This document shows, piece after piece, positions 18,903-31,909 of a DNA stretch of 38,268 nucleotides. The notes beneath the pieces are model-generated. The model saw only the letters and a list, made by a program, of their open reading frames with translations. It did not search any database and was not told where the DNA came from. The position numbers were made by a program, and so were the translations under genes. Each line of letters starts with the position of its first letter. Positions within the stretch are counted from its first letter, which is position 1. The stretch lies in contig NIVC01004681.1 in NCBI GenBank assembly GCA_002269645.1, forward strand, positions 1 to 38,268, given 5' to 3'. Origin of the DNA: Macrostomum lignano. Its lineage: Eukaryota.

Positions 18903-20157
18903 ATGTACAAACCGCTCTACGAGTCCACCGTGTGCAAAGCCGAAAAAATCATGGCGTCCGTTTTAAGCTTCGACTACGACCTGAAGGAGTCCGCAGAAGA
19001 AACACCGGCAGCTGCAACGACCTCCCGCACTATGGCAACCACTAATAGTAGCCAGCTGATAGCGTTGACGCCTAGGTAGAAACTCGAAATTTAAACTCGA
19101 AATAAATGGCACGGGCAGCAGCACAGAGCGTGTGAAATTTTGAAAAAATTCTACGTAACTCGTCCAAGTCGCGAACTTCAATGCGCACGTTAACGCAATC
19201 AGCGAGCATGTCTTCGCCGCATTCGCATAATTCACTGCTGACAATCACAACGTCTTCGCCTTTGCCTACGTCGCTGCTGAAACCGACCGCGGCTTCGCCG
19301 CCTCTGCCGACGTCACTGCTCACAACGAGCACGGCTTCACCGCCTTCGCCTATGGCGCTGCTGACAAGGAGCACGTCATTGCCATCGACGACTGCTGAAA
19401 CTCCAAGGGAGCCTCTCTCGACGGCAACTTTAACATCTAGGCCGGCCAAATTTGCAAATTTTTCGTGCAACGCAGTGCATCGGCTGTGCGGTGGGCGGTC
19501 GCCCTGTCTATACAAGTTGCCGAAGCCGACGATTTGAAAGGAGTTGCCTCCCCACTGCATCTGCGCCCTAAGCGATTTAGAACGGCGGGCCGAATTGAGC
19601 TCAAGGAAACTGATAGAGTGAAAGGCTGCATTGCCCATGTGCCACCCGCCTTTAACTCACCTATGGATCCCGCCGGCCAAGGCAGCAGCACGATTCTTGT
19701 TCGGCGAATAAAGACGCCTTGTATAATTTTTTGTCTACAAATTGTCCACTCTGGGCAACTCTGCGAGGTCTGTGTCATATGCGCGACTTAAATTATATTT
19801 TTCTAATTTGCTTAATCGCTCCTAATGGCTTGCGTAAGCACCTCCGGGAAAAGGCTAGAGAAGCATATCGTAAGTTTACATTGCTTTCGAGACATTTACT
19901 GGCTTACAGTTTATGATAGTGCTTTGCTAAATGTCTTAGCTTTTGCTCCTGAGCGGTCAGTGAATTTCGTCATTTTTCACCATTCATTGTTGTAGATGCA
20001 GCAGGATTCAAAGGACCAGTGAAGTGGAAACGGATTCCGTCTATTGGTCACTTCAAGATAGAAATTTTAAACCCAACTTTGATGCCCATCCGTGCAATTA
20101 AATTTGTTCTCAGTCAGCAGCTGTCGTTCCATGTAACGGTTTCTGGCATTTTCTAAA
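18903..20157 (+). pseudogene. Unidentified, probably spliced and disrupted gene with a Ser/Thr/Pro-rich repetitive exon
   Basis: Short ATG ORF at 18903; S/T/P-rich ORF 19181-19537 with SPxLPTSLL-like repeats; donor GTAAGT near 19870 and an acceptor near 19996. No consistent frame could be built. Confidence 0.3.
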
Positions 20158-20518
20158 TGAAAATCTTTTCTTTTAGATTTTCTTATTCACTTGGACTAAC
20201 AATTGTTATCACCATCTAGTTAGAATGAATTCCGGTCTCCTGATTCAAATGGATGAAGTGTATGTAAAATGTGTCATTTAAGTGTATACTTTTAGAAAGA
20301 AAGAAAGAAGTTATTACTCATCGCTCTTATGCAAGTAGTTAATATGTCAGCCTTACTGCATTAAAAGTTAGACCATCTGAAGTACTGTAAGTCTTTTTCG
20401 AGTTAGATAATTGCAATTCGAATGTTTAACAGTATAGTCCATGGGACTTATTGCACTCTTTGTTTATACATTTCGCCTACAGTTGGACCCAACGCCTTGC
20501 AGTCTCCAATAGACCGAA

Positions 20519-23500
20519 GTGACCGAACCTAACCAAACTGTTTCTGCCCCTGCTGCTGCTTACGGTGAGAGGGGTTTTCCTCAAAGGGCTGTACTTGAGG
20601 TGGTTTTCGCAGCCTTCAACAGAATTATGGAAGTTATTTTGGAGCCGCCGCTCACTGACTGGGAAGTAAGCCAGCTTGCTATCTGGACAGTGACGGAGGC
20701 TCTGGCGATTATCCTTAATTCTGGTGGAACTGCAGCCAGGGTAGGTGAAGCCGAAGCCACTTCGGTGAGCGGAGGCGGACCCGTGCCCTGAGCAATTATC
20801 ATAAAAATTTTGAATTGAACTATGGCTGTTAATAATAAAAAATAATTCTCTAAATTCTACCCTAAACATAGGGCACCTTAACTGCAATAAATTAAGCAAT
20901 AAAATGCATGAAATTATAATGTGGTTGCACAATGAAGATATAGACATTGGTCTTTTCTCAGAAACTGACCTCAAAAATGATGACAGGTTCTTTGTTCAAG
21001 GGTATGCGATTATTAGATTTGACATCCCTGACTGTCGAAGAGGACTTGCAATTGCTTATAAAAATAACTTGAAAATTTCGAATGTCAAAAAGTACTATGA
21101 CAACTCTCACCATGAGTTCATAAGCCTTGCTGTCAACCCCAACAATAACCCTAGTAGTACTCTAAGAATTTCCCTTTTATATAGAGCCCCAACCCTGATC
21201 GCATTACCACTGCTACACTTAAACAGCTACTCTCCCAACCTAGAACTCTTCTTATTGGAGAGCTCAACTGTCGCCATCTTATGCTGGGTGGGGACTGTGT
21301 AGAAAATTTTCACGGCAAGCAGCTATTTGAATGGCTTAATAATCATCCTGACCCTCCTTTCATCCTCAATTCCTATGGTGACTGCACCAGAATTAATAAT
21401 GGGGGGCAACACTGTAGGTAACGTCCTGGATCTATGCATTTGCACCCCAGATCTTGCCAACTCAATTAGTGAGGTGCTGGTAGGTGATGACCTCGATAGC
21501 GATCACCTACCTATTATTATTAAAGTCTCTTTAGACCCCAGCTCCAAAAATAGCCCCAAACCACTAAAAGGCTTATGGCTTACAGATTGGGAGGCCTTCA
21601 AATACGCCCTTCAAGATAAGCTTGAAAAGTGTAATTTGATCCAATCCCGAATCTCTACCCCTGAAGACCTTGACAGCGTGGTTGATAAGCTCACGGAAAA
21701 ATTTCGTGAAACTATAGAGGAAGTAGTTCCAGATAGAGATCCTAGAGAACAACTCCCTCCTGACATTATTGAAAAAATTAAGCACAGAAAGCTTAGAAAA
21801 CTTTTTAAGAAAACTAGAACTGACACATTTAGGGTTCAAGCAAATCAAGCTGCCAAAGAAATTAGGATAGCAATCAGAATGCACAGGTACAGAAAATTCG
21901 AAGACCTATGCAAGAAAATTGCCAAAACGAGTTACAGAAGGGAGCCGCGTCAATTCTGGATTGATTTAAGAAAATGACAGGACAAGAAAATAAGGGGTTA
22001 CCGCTGAAACTGAACAAGAAACTGCCAATCTGTTTCAAGATTTCCTAAATGATCAGATGCAGCCCCATCCTGACACCAATTCCCTACTCTACGAGGAGGT
22101 TATGGCCAACAAAGATCATGAGATCTTTCGACCCCATGATAGCATGGTTAGAGCTCTCACCTACCATCGGGACAGGGCTGACCCCGACGACCCCGATAGG
22201 GAAGACACTTAATCAGACATTCTTAACATCCTTGACATTGATGTACTAATGGAAACAAAAAATCTCAGAACTGGGGGTGCCCCTGGTCCTGACAAAATCC
22301 CAAACATTGTACTCAAGCGCGGGCTTAGCCCTGACACTGTAATACCCATAGCAAAAAATTTTAATTCAAGCTTTCTTCTGGGCTACTTCCCCAAGGCCTG
22401 GTAAAAGGCAACCATTAAAATGATCCCAAAGCCTAAGAAATCTAGGCAAGACATCAATAACTATAGACCAAATAGTTTAACCTCCTGCCTGGGAAAGCTT
22501 TACGAAAAAATAATTGCCAGAAATCTCAGAATGATTTTGGAAAACAAGGGGCTTTTAAACGAAGACCAATGTGCGTACAGACAAGACCACTGTACGTTTG
22601 ACAACATTGTGCGACTCACTGACGATATACTAAAAATGAACCAATGGAGACATGCGACCCTTAGTGTATTCTTTGACGTTAAAGGAGCCTTCGATGGCGT
22701 CTGGCACAGCTACCTTAGGCATAGGATCCTTGTAAGCAACCTGCCTCACAATGTGATCCGTATCATCTCCAGCTACCTTGAGGATAGGGGGATTTACATT
22801 CAGATTGGAGGGGCTATCAGCAATGGTTTCCGACCCGCCGCTGGCGTCCCGCAAGGTGGGGTTTTATCCCCGATTCTCTTTATTATATACTTCAGCTCGA
22901 TCCCGATCCCGCGTGACATCAAGTTTAAGAAAAGTCAGTTCGCAGACGACCTTGCTGTCTGGGCAAGTGCCAGGACGTCGGTAATGACGGCTAAGAGGCT
23001 GAACAGCTATCTAGTCGTCCTGAAAAAAGGGCTAGATGATGTAGGTATTACCATCAATCCTAACAAAAGTAAGACGGTAGCTTTTTTCAAGTTTAAGAGC
23101 CATTATTCGACTGGCCCAGCCAGGCCGCCGCTTAAATAAGGACAGGATCTCATCCCTTATCATGACTCGGTCACCTTCCTTGGAGTCACCCTCGACAAAG
23201 ACTTAAGCTACAAGCAGCATATCTCCAAGACTGCAGGCATCACCATCGCCAAGCTTGAAGCCATGAGGAGAATAACTCGCAATACTAGGATTTCGCAACT
23301 GGCGCTTCGGCTGCTCTCCTCCTCAAAGTCTTACATTGAGAGTGGCATGACCTACGGAGCGCCCATACTAGTCAACGCTTCTGATGCTCTCCTCCAGAGA
23401 TTCCAACTCCTCCAAAATCAAGCCCTTAGAATCGCGCTTGGTGCCCCCAGGTACATTAAAATTAGCTATCTACATGAAACTACGAATATGCCCAGGTTCA

Positions 23501-23646
23501 AAGAGAGAATATGGAACCTGGGCCTAGGATGGTTCAAAAAAGTTCTGCTCACAGGGGTGCATAACTTCGATATTGACCTCAAAGAATGGAGCAGACCAGG
23601 GTTTAGAGAACGCGTTACTACTAAATTTAGAAAAGCCAAAAAATAA
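20519..23646 (+). mobile_element. Degenerate non-LTR retrotransposon (Jockey/I-group-like): probable ORF1 tail (20519-20791) and ORF2 APE endonuclease + reverse transcriptase (~20822-23646)
   Basis: APE motifs LNIGHLNC, FSET, GELN, LDL, SDH. RT motifs PGPD, IPKP, YRP, FDGV, GVPQGGVLSP, QFADD, FLGVTLD. C-terminal QNQALR. Several frameshifts and in-frame stops. No RNase H seen. Confidence 0.92.
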
Positions 23647-23835
23647 GCAATAAAAGCCATATAAACTAAAAACTAACTCACCTCGAGACGGCGCCGGAGA
23701 GGTTCCTCAGTCGCGGGCACGACCTGATAAAATCTGTCCAGACTGCTCATTTAATTATTACTAGGAGCTAAATTATTTTACTAACATCATATAATATTTT
23801 CATTTTATCTGACATTGACAATGACAATGATGCTT

Positions 23836-23874
23836 CCGGCGCCTCAGCCAATGAATTAGGCTCTTACGCCACTA
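23836..23874 (-). mobile_element. hAT-like terminal inverted repeat (right-end orientation)
   Basis: GGCTCTTACGCCACT and CCGGCGCCTCAGC are exact reverse complements of blocks at 27764-27778 and 27784-27796. Confidence 0.6.
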
Positions 23875-24204
23875 GTGAAATAAGGTTTCCAGGTTGGGAG
23901 TGTACTAATGTACACTTAAATCCTAATTGGATTTAAGTCATCCTTCATCCTCCACAGTCATCCTAATTGGGACTAAGAGGACTGTACATCGAGCCGGGCA
24001 AGCGGCGCCAGTCAGGCCGAGAGCGGGCCCTACCCCCGACCCTCAGAGCGTACGCCTACCCCAAACCCAATAGGCTTATCTAAACCTCCCCGGGGCTGGC
24101 AGGGGTTAAGTGATTTGTTTTAATTTGTTTTATTTAGTTTAACTTTTTTAATTGCTCCTATTTGTATTACTGAATAATGCTGCTGTTTTATAGATTGTTT
24201 TATT

Positions 24205-25133
24205 CCAAACTCGACACTTATATCGACACCAAACGCGGCCAGTATAGCTGACCAGGCAATCAACAATAACAAAGCTACTCACCAAGAAAATACTCACAGA
24301 CTGGCAGCTGGTATAGCCGACCAAGAACAAAGTAGCAGCCAACCTAAATTCAAGATAACTCCAGTAGTATTTGAGACTGCTCCAGAAGCCAAAGATCCAC
24401 TCAAGTTTGAGTGGTTTCTCAATATAAACTTTCCAAACATCAGAATTCAATCGGTCAAGAACATATATCATGGCGTTGGCTTCTGCGTGTTAACAACGAG
24501 CGAAAAGGACATGAACGCGCGGCTGACATCACCACTCATTGAACCGGAAATAAATGGACAAACTGTGGATCGACGACTACCAAGAAAAAGACCAATTAAG
24601 CAAGGCGATGATGGCTAATTTTTAAACCTCATAGTGGTGTTATACAAGCCATCTCCTACTTCAAATATAAAAATGAGGAGGCTGAGGCGGACTGTGATGA
24701 TGCTTTAGCCTACCTTATGGAAATCATCAACATAGATGTAACTATGGCAATAAGCAGTCTCAGGTCTGGGGGTGCACCTGGGCCAGACAATATCCCAAAC
24801 ATTGTTCTCAAAAAGGGCCTGAGACTAAACTCTATCAGAATTATCACAAAACTTTTCAATACCTGCTCCCTTCTGGGCTACTACCCGCGGCTCTGGAAAC
24901 AGGGTATTGTCAAAATGATTCCCAAACCTAATAAACCAAAACATCAAGTAGATAGCTACAGACCAATTTGTCTAACCTCATGCTTGGGTAAACTTTATGT
25001 GAAAATACTTGCTAGGAATATTCGAACTATACTGGAAAACCTGAATATTATCAATGAAGATCAGTGCGCCTATATACAAGACCATTGCACCTTTGATAAC
25101 ATTGTCAGAATCACCGATGATGTGCTTAAGATG
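24205..25133 (+). pseudogene. Second, internally deleted LINE copy: ORF1-like open frame (24205-24618) and RT N-terminal fragment (~24700-25133)
   Basis: The RT fragment (GAPGPDNIPN...IPKPNK...YRPICLTSCLGK...QDHCTFDNIVR) is paralogous to 22270-22640. The ORF1 assignment is a weaker inference. Confidence 0.8.
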
Positions 25134-26149
25134 TTGCAGCTCACCCCAGTGGCACCGATATTATCGGTAGAGATGTACCAATTGGGACCAATAATATCAG
25201 CTTGCGAGCATGTCGTGTGTCAAGACGACACGATTTCTACCCGAAAATATCATACTGAGCTATGCACTTAAATAGCATAGGGGCCAGTATATTATACCGG
25301 CTAGCTAACGAATCAAACGGCTCAGATTTAAATTTGTTTGACAAAATGAAAAAATTGACAAGTGATTGACAGAAAATGCAATGATGGAATTAATCCAATT
25401 GCATCTTGCACTTGCAGGAGGGAGCATAAATAGCAAATTTAATCAAACAAAATATTGTTGGGTCATTTGTACTTCATATTAGCTTAGGCCTAGTTATCCA
25501 ATAAGACCAACAATCAGCATTATTCCTTGCCTACCTATTCTGCTATCCATATGAATACTATACTATTTAATAAATTGGCAGTTTATTACAGTTCTTGATT
25601 TTCATATTTCTTGTAGCCTCAAGGTCATTTGCATGCAGAGTACTTAAATTTTTAAGTACTCTTACCTAGTACATTAGAAAATCAGAAATCCCTGGCTATA
25701 TAACATATTGGCTATAGCTTAAACTAGCTATTATTATTTTCAACTAGCCAGATTAGCTATTTCACAGAGCAAGCCATACAAAACCAATTATTCAATATTT
25801 CCTTTTAAAATGTCTAGCCAATTACCTGGATTTTCCCTAGCCAACTCTTTGACTACCTGGCTGCCTATTCTCATAATCTAGCTCTTCTTGGTCTCCTCCT
25901 AGTCTATTCTCTCTGACTGCTCTTCCTAGCTTGCTCTCGTCTCACTAAGCCTACTGCCATTAGCCTACTCTGCCTAGCCTACCCTCCCTAACTTGCTCCC
26001 CTAGCCTACTTCTCTTGATCTGTACTCCATGGCTAGGTTTCACTAGCCTGACCATATCCTCCTAGTCACTTTTCCTGTCCATTTCTTTGGCTACCCCCTA
26101 GCCTATTCCTCATATCTTGCTATTCTGCCTGGGTCACTGGCCTACTCCT

Positions 26150-26555
26150 ATGTCCAGCTCTGCTTGCCTTGCTCCCCTGGCCTGCTCCCAGCTCCCCCTG
26201 ACCTGCTCCCAGCTCCCCCCTGACCTGCTCCCAGCTCCAACTGGCCTGCTCCGCTGGTCTGCTACCCTGACCTGCTCACCTGGTCTGCTTCCCTGACCTG
26301 CTCCCCTGGTCTGCTTCCCTGACCTGCTCCCCTGGCCTGCTCCCAGCTCCCCCTGGCCTGCTCACCTGGTCTGCTTCCCTGACCTGCTCCCCTGGCCTGC
26401 TCCCAGCTCTCCTGGCCTGCTCACCTGGTCTGCTTCCCTGACCTGCTTCCCTGACCTGCTCCCCTGGTCTGCTTCCCTGACCTGCTCCCCTGGCCTGCTC
26501 CGAGCTCCCCCTGGCCTGCTCCCCTGGTCTGCTCCCCTGACCTGCTCTCCCTGGC
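26150..26555. repeat. Pyrimidine-rich 13-14-bp minisatellite (CCTGCTCCCCTGG / TCTGCTTCCCTGA variants)
   Basis: Read directly; grades into degenerate copies back to ~25850. Confidence 0.9.
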
Positions 26556-26873
26556 AGACTCTAATTATTATAGCACGGATGTTGTTGCTTTTGTGTTGTT
26601 GATCCGGTGTGTTACGCCAGCAGTGCGATGCACGTTAATTATACCATTAACTTCTAGCATTCCAATCATCATGAAGCGAAAGGCATTCGAAACACGAAAG
26701 ATTAGCGCCTGGACGGCTTCTGTTAGAATGCATGGATCAAGATTCAGAACCTGTAAATATTCTTTACTAGTTGTCTCTATGCACTCTCTGTCTCACTGTG
26801 TACCTTAACGAGTTGCGACACCTTTGTCGTTATTGTTGAAAGTTACATGTTATCCTACTTTGTGATTAGGAAA

Positions 26874-27158
26874 CATGGGGCACCGGTGTTGATACATCTT
26901 ACCGACGCTCAGCTGTCCAAACGTCAACTTCTCCAGAACAAGGCACTTAAGATCACTCCTGATGCTCCAAATTACACTTAGACTAGCTATCTCCATCACA
27001 TTACTAAAATGCCGATGATGAAAGAGCGCATCTGGGGCTTGGCCAAGCGCTGGTCAAAAAAAACTATTGCCAGCGGGGTCCACAGCTTCGACCTTGATAT
27101 AAAACCTTGGGATAGGAGGTTTCGGGTGCCTGCAGTGGCCCGCCTGAGAAATGTTTGA
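26874..27158 (+). pseudogene. C-terminal fragment of the same LINE family ORF2
   Basis: GAPVLIH...QLLQNKALKI...SYLHHITKMP..KERIW...GVHSFDLDIK aligns by eye with 23350-23620. One in-frame stop. Confidence 0.85.
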
Positions 27159-27762
27159 GATACATGTACTTGTAATGATTTGAGCAACGTAATTGTTGCT
27201 GATTCCAAATAAAAGCTCTTTAACTAGTCATCACTGCTTCACTTTAAATTAATTTTCATTGAATGCTATTTACATCTGTTACTAAGTAATGTGCAATTGG
27301 CTGATAACTGTAGTCACTTGAAGTTCTCCTATATCCATGACAATACTTTTAACCAATATTTTAACTACCCAAATCTCCATGACAATACCTGTAACCAAAA
27401 TTTTCATTGCTAATAATTGAGATATCTTTTAACCCCACAATGTTAAATCTTAAATCATTGTACTATAGAATCCAACCATGACCAAATGAAGTGATTCTAC
27501 ATGTACTTTGTGCTCTCTCCTTTGTCATCAATCCTTCATCACCTGCATCTTTTTTATCTCATCTTTTTTTAGCTGTTTTATTGGATATAATTTATTTTAT
27601 TCTGTTTTATTGAATTTCAAATATCAAATCTCCATTATCATTCGATTTGTTTTATACTGTACTTCGATTTACTTCTATAGATGCACTGTTTTATAATTCC
27701 CACATCATTTAATACAATTTGTAACCAATACTAGTAAAAATATTTTGAAACCAAACAATATA

Positions 27763-27800
27763 CAGTGGCGTAAGAGCCGTCAAGCTGAGGCGCCGGGCAT
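27763..27800 (+). mobile_element. hAT-like terminal inverted repeat (left-end orientation, CAGTGGCGTAAGAGCC)
   Basis: CAGTGGCG start typical of hAT ends; matches 23836-23874 in reverse complement. No downstream partner found. Confidence 0.6.
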
Positions 27801-30800
27801 TTTTTCTAAGCCCAAATACCTAACAATGAATGAATGCTCTTGGGAAAGCATCCGTTTGTGATCCCGTTTGCGAAAATTTGCTAACTCAGAACATTAATCA
27901 AGGAATTGGTAAGAGGCAGGGAAATTTTAGGGAAGTAAAGTAAAACTGTTGAGGTAGTCAATGCCGAGACAGTGCACAATGTAGTCAATGCCTAATTTCT
28001 CGCACAATTAACTAAGTAAAGTAGCAGTAACCATTGCATGCTAACATTTTCTCTCTCTTCTGAAATAATAAGTTTCGTTAATTATTGGTTTTCCTGTGTC
28101 ACTCATTTTATCTCTAACTACTAGGATTAGGAAACAGGAAGCCTGGTGGCAGCGAATCTACTAATCTCAAACCAGTATAATAAAATTCACTAAAAATCCA
28201 AACTAGAAAACCAGTAGCTTAGACCGCTAAGACACGGCCCATACCATTCACATGTTTCCCTTTAACTTGCAGCATCGTCAGGTGCGATTGATATTTCAAA
28301 TCCAAATCCAGATTTAAACATAATTGCCAAATGTTTGTAATCATCTTCTTGTTTTTTGAATTTCTTAAGCGAAGTAGCATTCCTAAAAGTTGACTAAAAG
28401 TTAACCAAGAAAATTTTCAGTTATGCTCTGTTATTAGACTTACAGACTACAGTCTACAAACGTTAAAATTTGCTTGGTTAACTTTTGGTCAAATTGATTT
28501 CATAGATTTTCCGTACCTCAATTGGACAAAAGAGGACACTGGGTACGTAGAAGTCGCAGTTTACTTACAGGACGGAAATGGATCAAGTAGATCTATGACC
28601 GATCTGAATGAGACGTTTAAAAAGGCAAGGAATCCGTTGATAAAATGTCTCGTTACAAAAAAAGTTTTTTTGCCGCTTCAAGTCCGGTTGGAATCGGGTG
28701 CCGCCTATGAGGAACATAACTACCGAGTATAAGCAAACCGACACATATTTAGTAGTTGAACGAGTAATTGCTTTACGGGCACAGCATGAATCAATGAATA
28801 AAATGTATTCACAAATGAACCAGCCGTTAAGAATACTGTAGCTGTGCAACGGGTGTCTCTACGAATTTAGCTGGTATCGTTTGGCCCTTAGCTTAGCCCC
28901 ACGGTAGTGGAAGCCCAGTAAAAAATTTACGTCCGGGTCAACGTACGGCCACTCGTTGGCCAGGTCAACTCCTCTGGTCTGTCAATCGTCACTTCTAGTA
29001 GCTCGTAAAATATTTATACCGCAATTTAAATGGCCCACTGTATCCTTCAGATTTTAATTGAGAATTTAATACTTGAAATCAAAGCGTTTCAGTTTAAGCT
29101 GTGAGTATCTTCTCACATCGTCTCATCGAAATGACGAAATTTTGATGTTGAAATTTAAACCTTGTATTTATTGCAGTTACTAAAAATCATGCTAGTAAAT
29201 TATTACTGTGGTAGCATAGCATTTGATTGTGAGACTGCATGAATATTGAATTATTAGCAAAAATTATGAGAACATTATTTAGAGCAAAAAGTAAAAACGA
29301 AAACAATACATCAAATGGATGAGCAAATATGGTGAGAATGTAGTAAATAATTTTGATTTCTCTGATTTCAATCGGCAGCCCTATGCCCTTATATAGTTAT
29401 ACCATACTATCTACATCACAAGGTACCGTCTCTTAAAATTCGAGCTCGTCGACAACTAAGCTCCTAAAAGTTTTACAGCAGAAAGCCTGCGATTTCTGCT
29501 ACTGTTTTTGTTCCACCATAAAATTGCAGTCGTATAATTATACAGACAGTTCAAGACTAGCTCGTAAACAAGCCATCTACGATTACATCTTCATTATCGT
29601 TACAAAAACACTTTGAGCCACATCGGACAGCAGGAGTTGAACTCAGCGATAATGCTGTGTTTGCTGTGGGCGACGCAGTCGCAGCGTAAGCAGCGGCATT
29701 GGAAGCCTGAATTTGGCCTTGTTCAGCAGCTACCGCTGCCGACTTCCGACGCTGAGTATGACCACCCTCACGGTCACCAGCGTGCTTCATTGCTGAGATG
29801 ACCGCCTTCTCAGCATCCCGGTCACTTGGTCGCTCAGCGCCGTACAGAGATTCAATTACATCTGAGATTGTAAAATGAAATAAAAATTACATTTCACATT
29901 TAAGCTTTGCAAAGTACATATTCATCTAAGCATAGTCTTTCTCACCCATAAAAACTGGAAGCAACACCCACTGGAAGCAAGGTTGAGTATCAGTCAGGTC
30001 AGTGCTGCGAGATCGTTTTTTCATTTCTTTGCCGCTGTAGTTGATCTGTCGCTGCATCGGTACGGAAAGCACTCTGTCCAACATTCGGCCCAACGTAGCT
30101 CAACGTACCACGCCAACCACTATCTCTAATGCTCCACATCAATGTACAACATCATGAACATTGTTTATTAAAATTTCTGCTCAACCATTTGTTTGTCTCT
30201 CTCTGTAAAAACCGATTTTGTGGGGGTGGGCGCTGGGCTTTAGGCGCTGGGCCTGGGTGGATCTAGGAACTAGGATACTCTTCCTGTAGAGTATTCCCTG
30301 GCTGCAGGTTCCTACTGGAAAAGAGGCGAAGGCACTCAAGCCAACAGACTGCCAGATAACTAAAAACCCAGGCAAGAAATTTGGAATCAAACTTAAACTT
30401 GTTTTACTTTTTCTGTGGACTAAATCCATGGGACAGAAAAACTTCACGTGTTTCTGTCCCCAAGCAAACGTGCTGAAAAACGGATTTGTCAGAGAAAAAG
30501 TGTAAAGTTTTAATATGCATTCGCGATGCGGGATCTGAAGAGTGGAACAGAAAAATGAAGAAAGTTAGCACAAAGAAATAGGCTGTACAGGTCGAAATCG
30601 TTGGAAAAGCATTGAAATGTTGCTCACGCGAAAATTCTCAAGAGTCAATATTTTTAATCGGTAAAGTATTTCAACGGAGAATCCCAATTTGCGCAGACAG
30701 TTTTTTATCCCATCGGCGTCCATCAGGCAAAATTTTTTTGCGCTGGGTTCATCTATATGTAATTATCAATGTAAAGTGTATATTCTTTATTATTTCCTAA

Positions 30801-31738
30801 AATATCGATCTTGTAATTAGAAAGTCTACTTTACTTCTATGCTTTCCATTTAATGCTGCTTGAAAACTTCCTTAAATAATATATTTAATAATTTGCATCT
30901 TTTTTGTATCGATCAATTCTATAATGTATACTTATGCATAGATTGATTCCGGCATAAACAACCGCTCAATTAAGCAAGTAAGAATAAGTGTTTAACTAAC
31001 AGTTTAACTAACTCAGCACCATCTATCTCACGATTGCTCTCCCCCCCCAATCAGCATTTTCTAGAGGTTTGGCCCCCCGGCCCCTTTACAGCAAGCTTGC
31101 CCCCCTTTAAAGCAAGCTATTGGTCTGCAAACCCCGGCCTGGACCATGCCTGGATCAAACAGAGGCTCGAAAAAAACATTTTCTTATCGGGGGGCATGAC
31201 GAGACGGAGGCAGCTGTGGCCATAAAAAGTTCGGAAGGAGAGGCTCCAGAGGCTTGGAGGAGAATTGCTCCTCCACACGCTCTATCCCCCACAATGCGGT
31301 TCGAAATATTATTAAAATTGATACATACTCCCCCATTAGACTTTTAAATATAACAGCTGCTATCTTCAGACCTCTCTGTCCCCCACCAACAGACTACCGA
31401 TTTTTTCAATTGACTGTGCCATCTCTAGAAATAGTTTAATAACATAAATAGTCACCAGTTATGCGTGTGCCATCACTTTTTGACGACCTTGTAGGCTGGC
31501 CTTCGATGCTGTGTAAGGATTTGAAATTCTGAAATACAAAAATACCGTTTGCTGGAATAGTTGCTACAATTGTGACATAAAAGTGAACAGGCGTGTGCCA
31601 ATCCAAAATTCGTAAACTAACGACTAGAAAATTACTTTCGGACAATAAAATTTGAGCAATCGACATATAGTGTTTCGTTCATTAAAAGTAAAGGACGCAA
31701 AGTGAATTTTTCGCAAGACGGAAAGAACGGAAGAAGAG

Positions 31739-31909
31739 ATGGCTACGGAGGAAGCAGAAGAAAAAGCTCTGAAGGAAGCGGAAGAGAAGGCTCGGAAGGA
31801 AGCGGAAGAGAATGCTCGGAAGGAGGCGAAAGAGAAAGCTTGGAAGGAGGCGGAAGAGAGAGCTGGAGACGAGGCAGAGACTATTAAGGAAAGAGCGACT
31901 AAGAAATGA
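31739..31909 (+). other. Short ORF of 24-nt repeats encoding a charged helix (KEAEEKAR-like), 56 aa; possibly a remnant exon
   Basis: MATEEAEEKALKEAEEKARKEAEENARKEAKEKAWKEAEERAGDEAETIKERATKK*; below the ORF-track length cutoff. Confidence 0.35.

Noticed and set aside
23900-24110. Self-cleaving ribozyme or structured RNA near the LINE junction
   Set aside because: A 9-bp hairpin and a GC-rich tract are present, but I could not fit an HDV or hammerhead fold by eye. It needs a covariance-model search.
24148-24471. Minus-strand hydrophobic Trp-rich ORF as a membrane or envelope protein
   Set aside because: It is the antisense shadow of a longer plus-strand open frame (24205-24618) co-oriented with the adjacent LINE RT fragment.
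29557-29801. Harbinger-like transposase N-terminus or other gene
   Set aside because: Only a vague LCLLW...RKQRHW resemblance, with no downstream catalytic motifs.
30429-31141. Additional hAT/MITE element (10-bp hairpin near 30430; CCCGGCCTG end at 31141)
   Set aside because: No matching opposite terminus or TSD found in the window.
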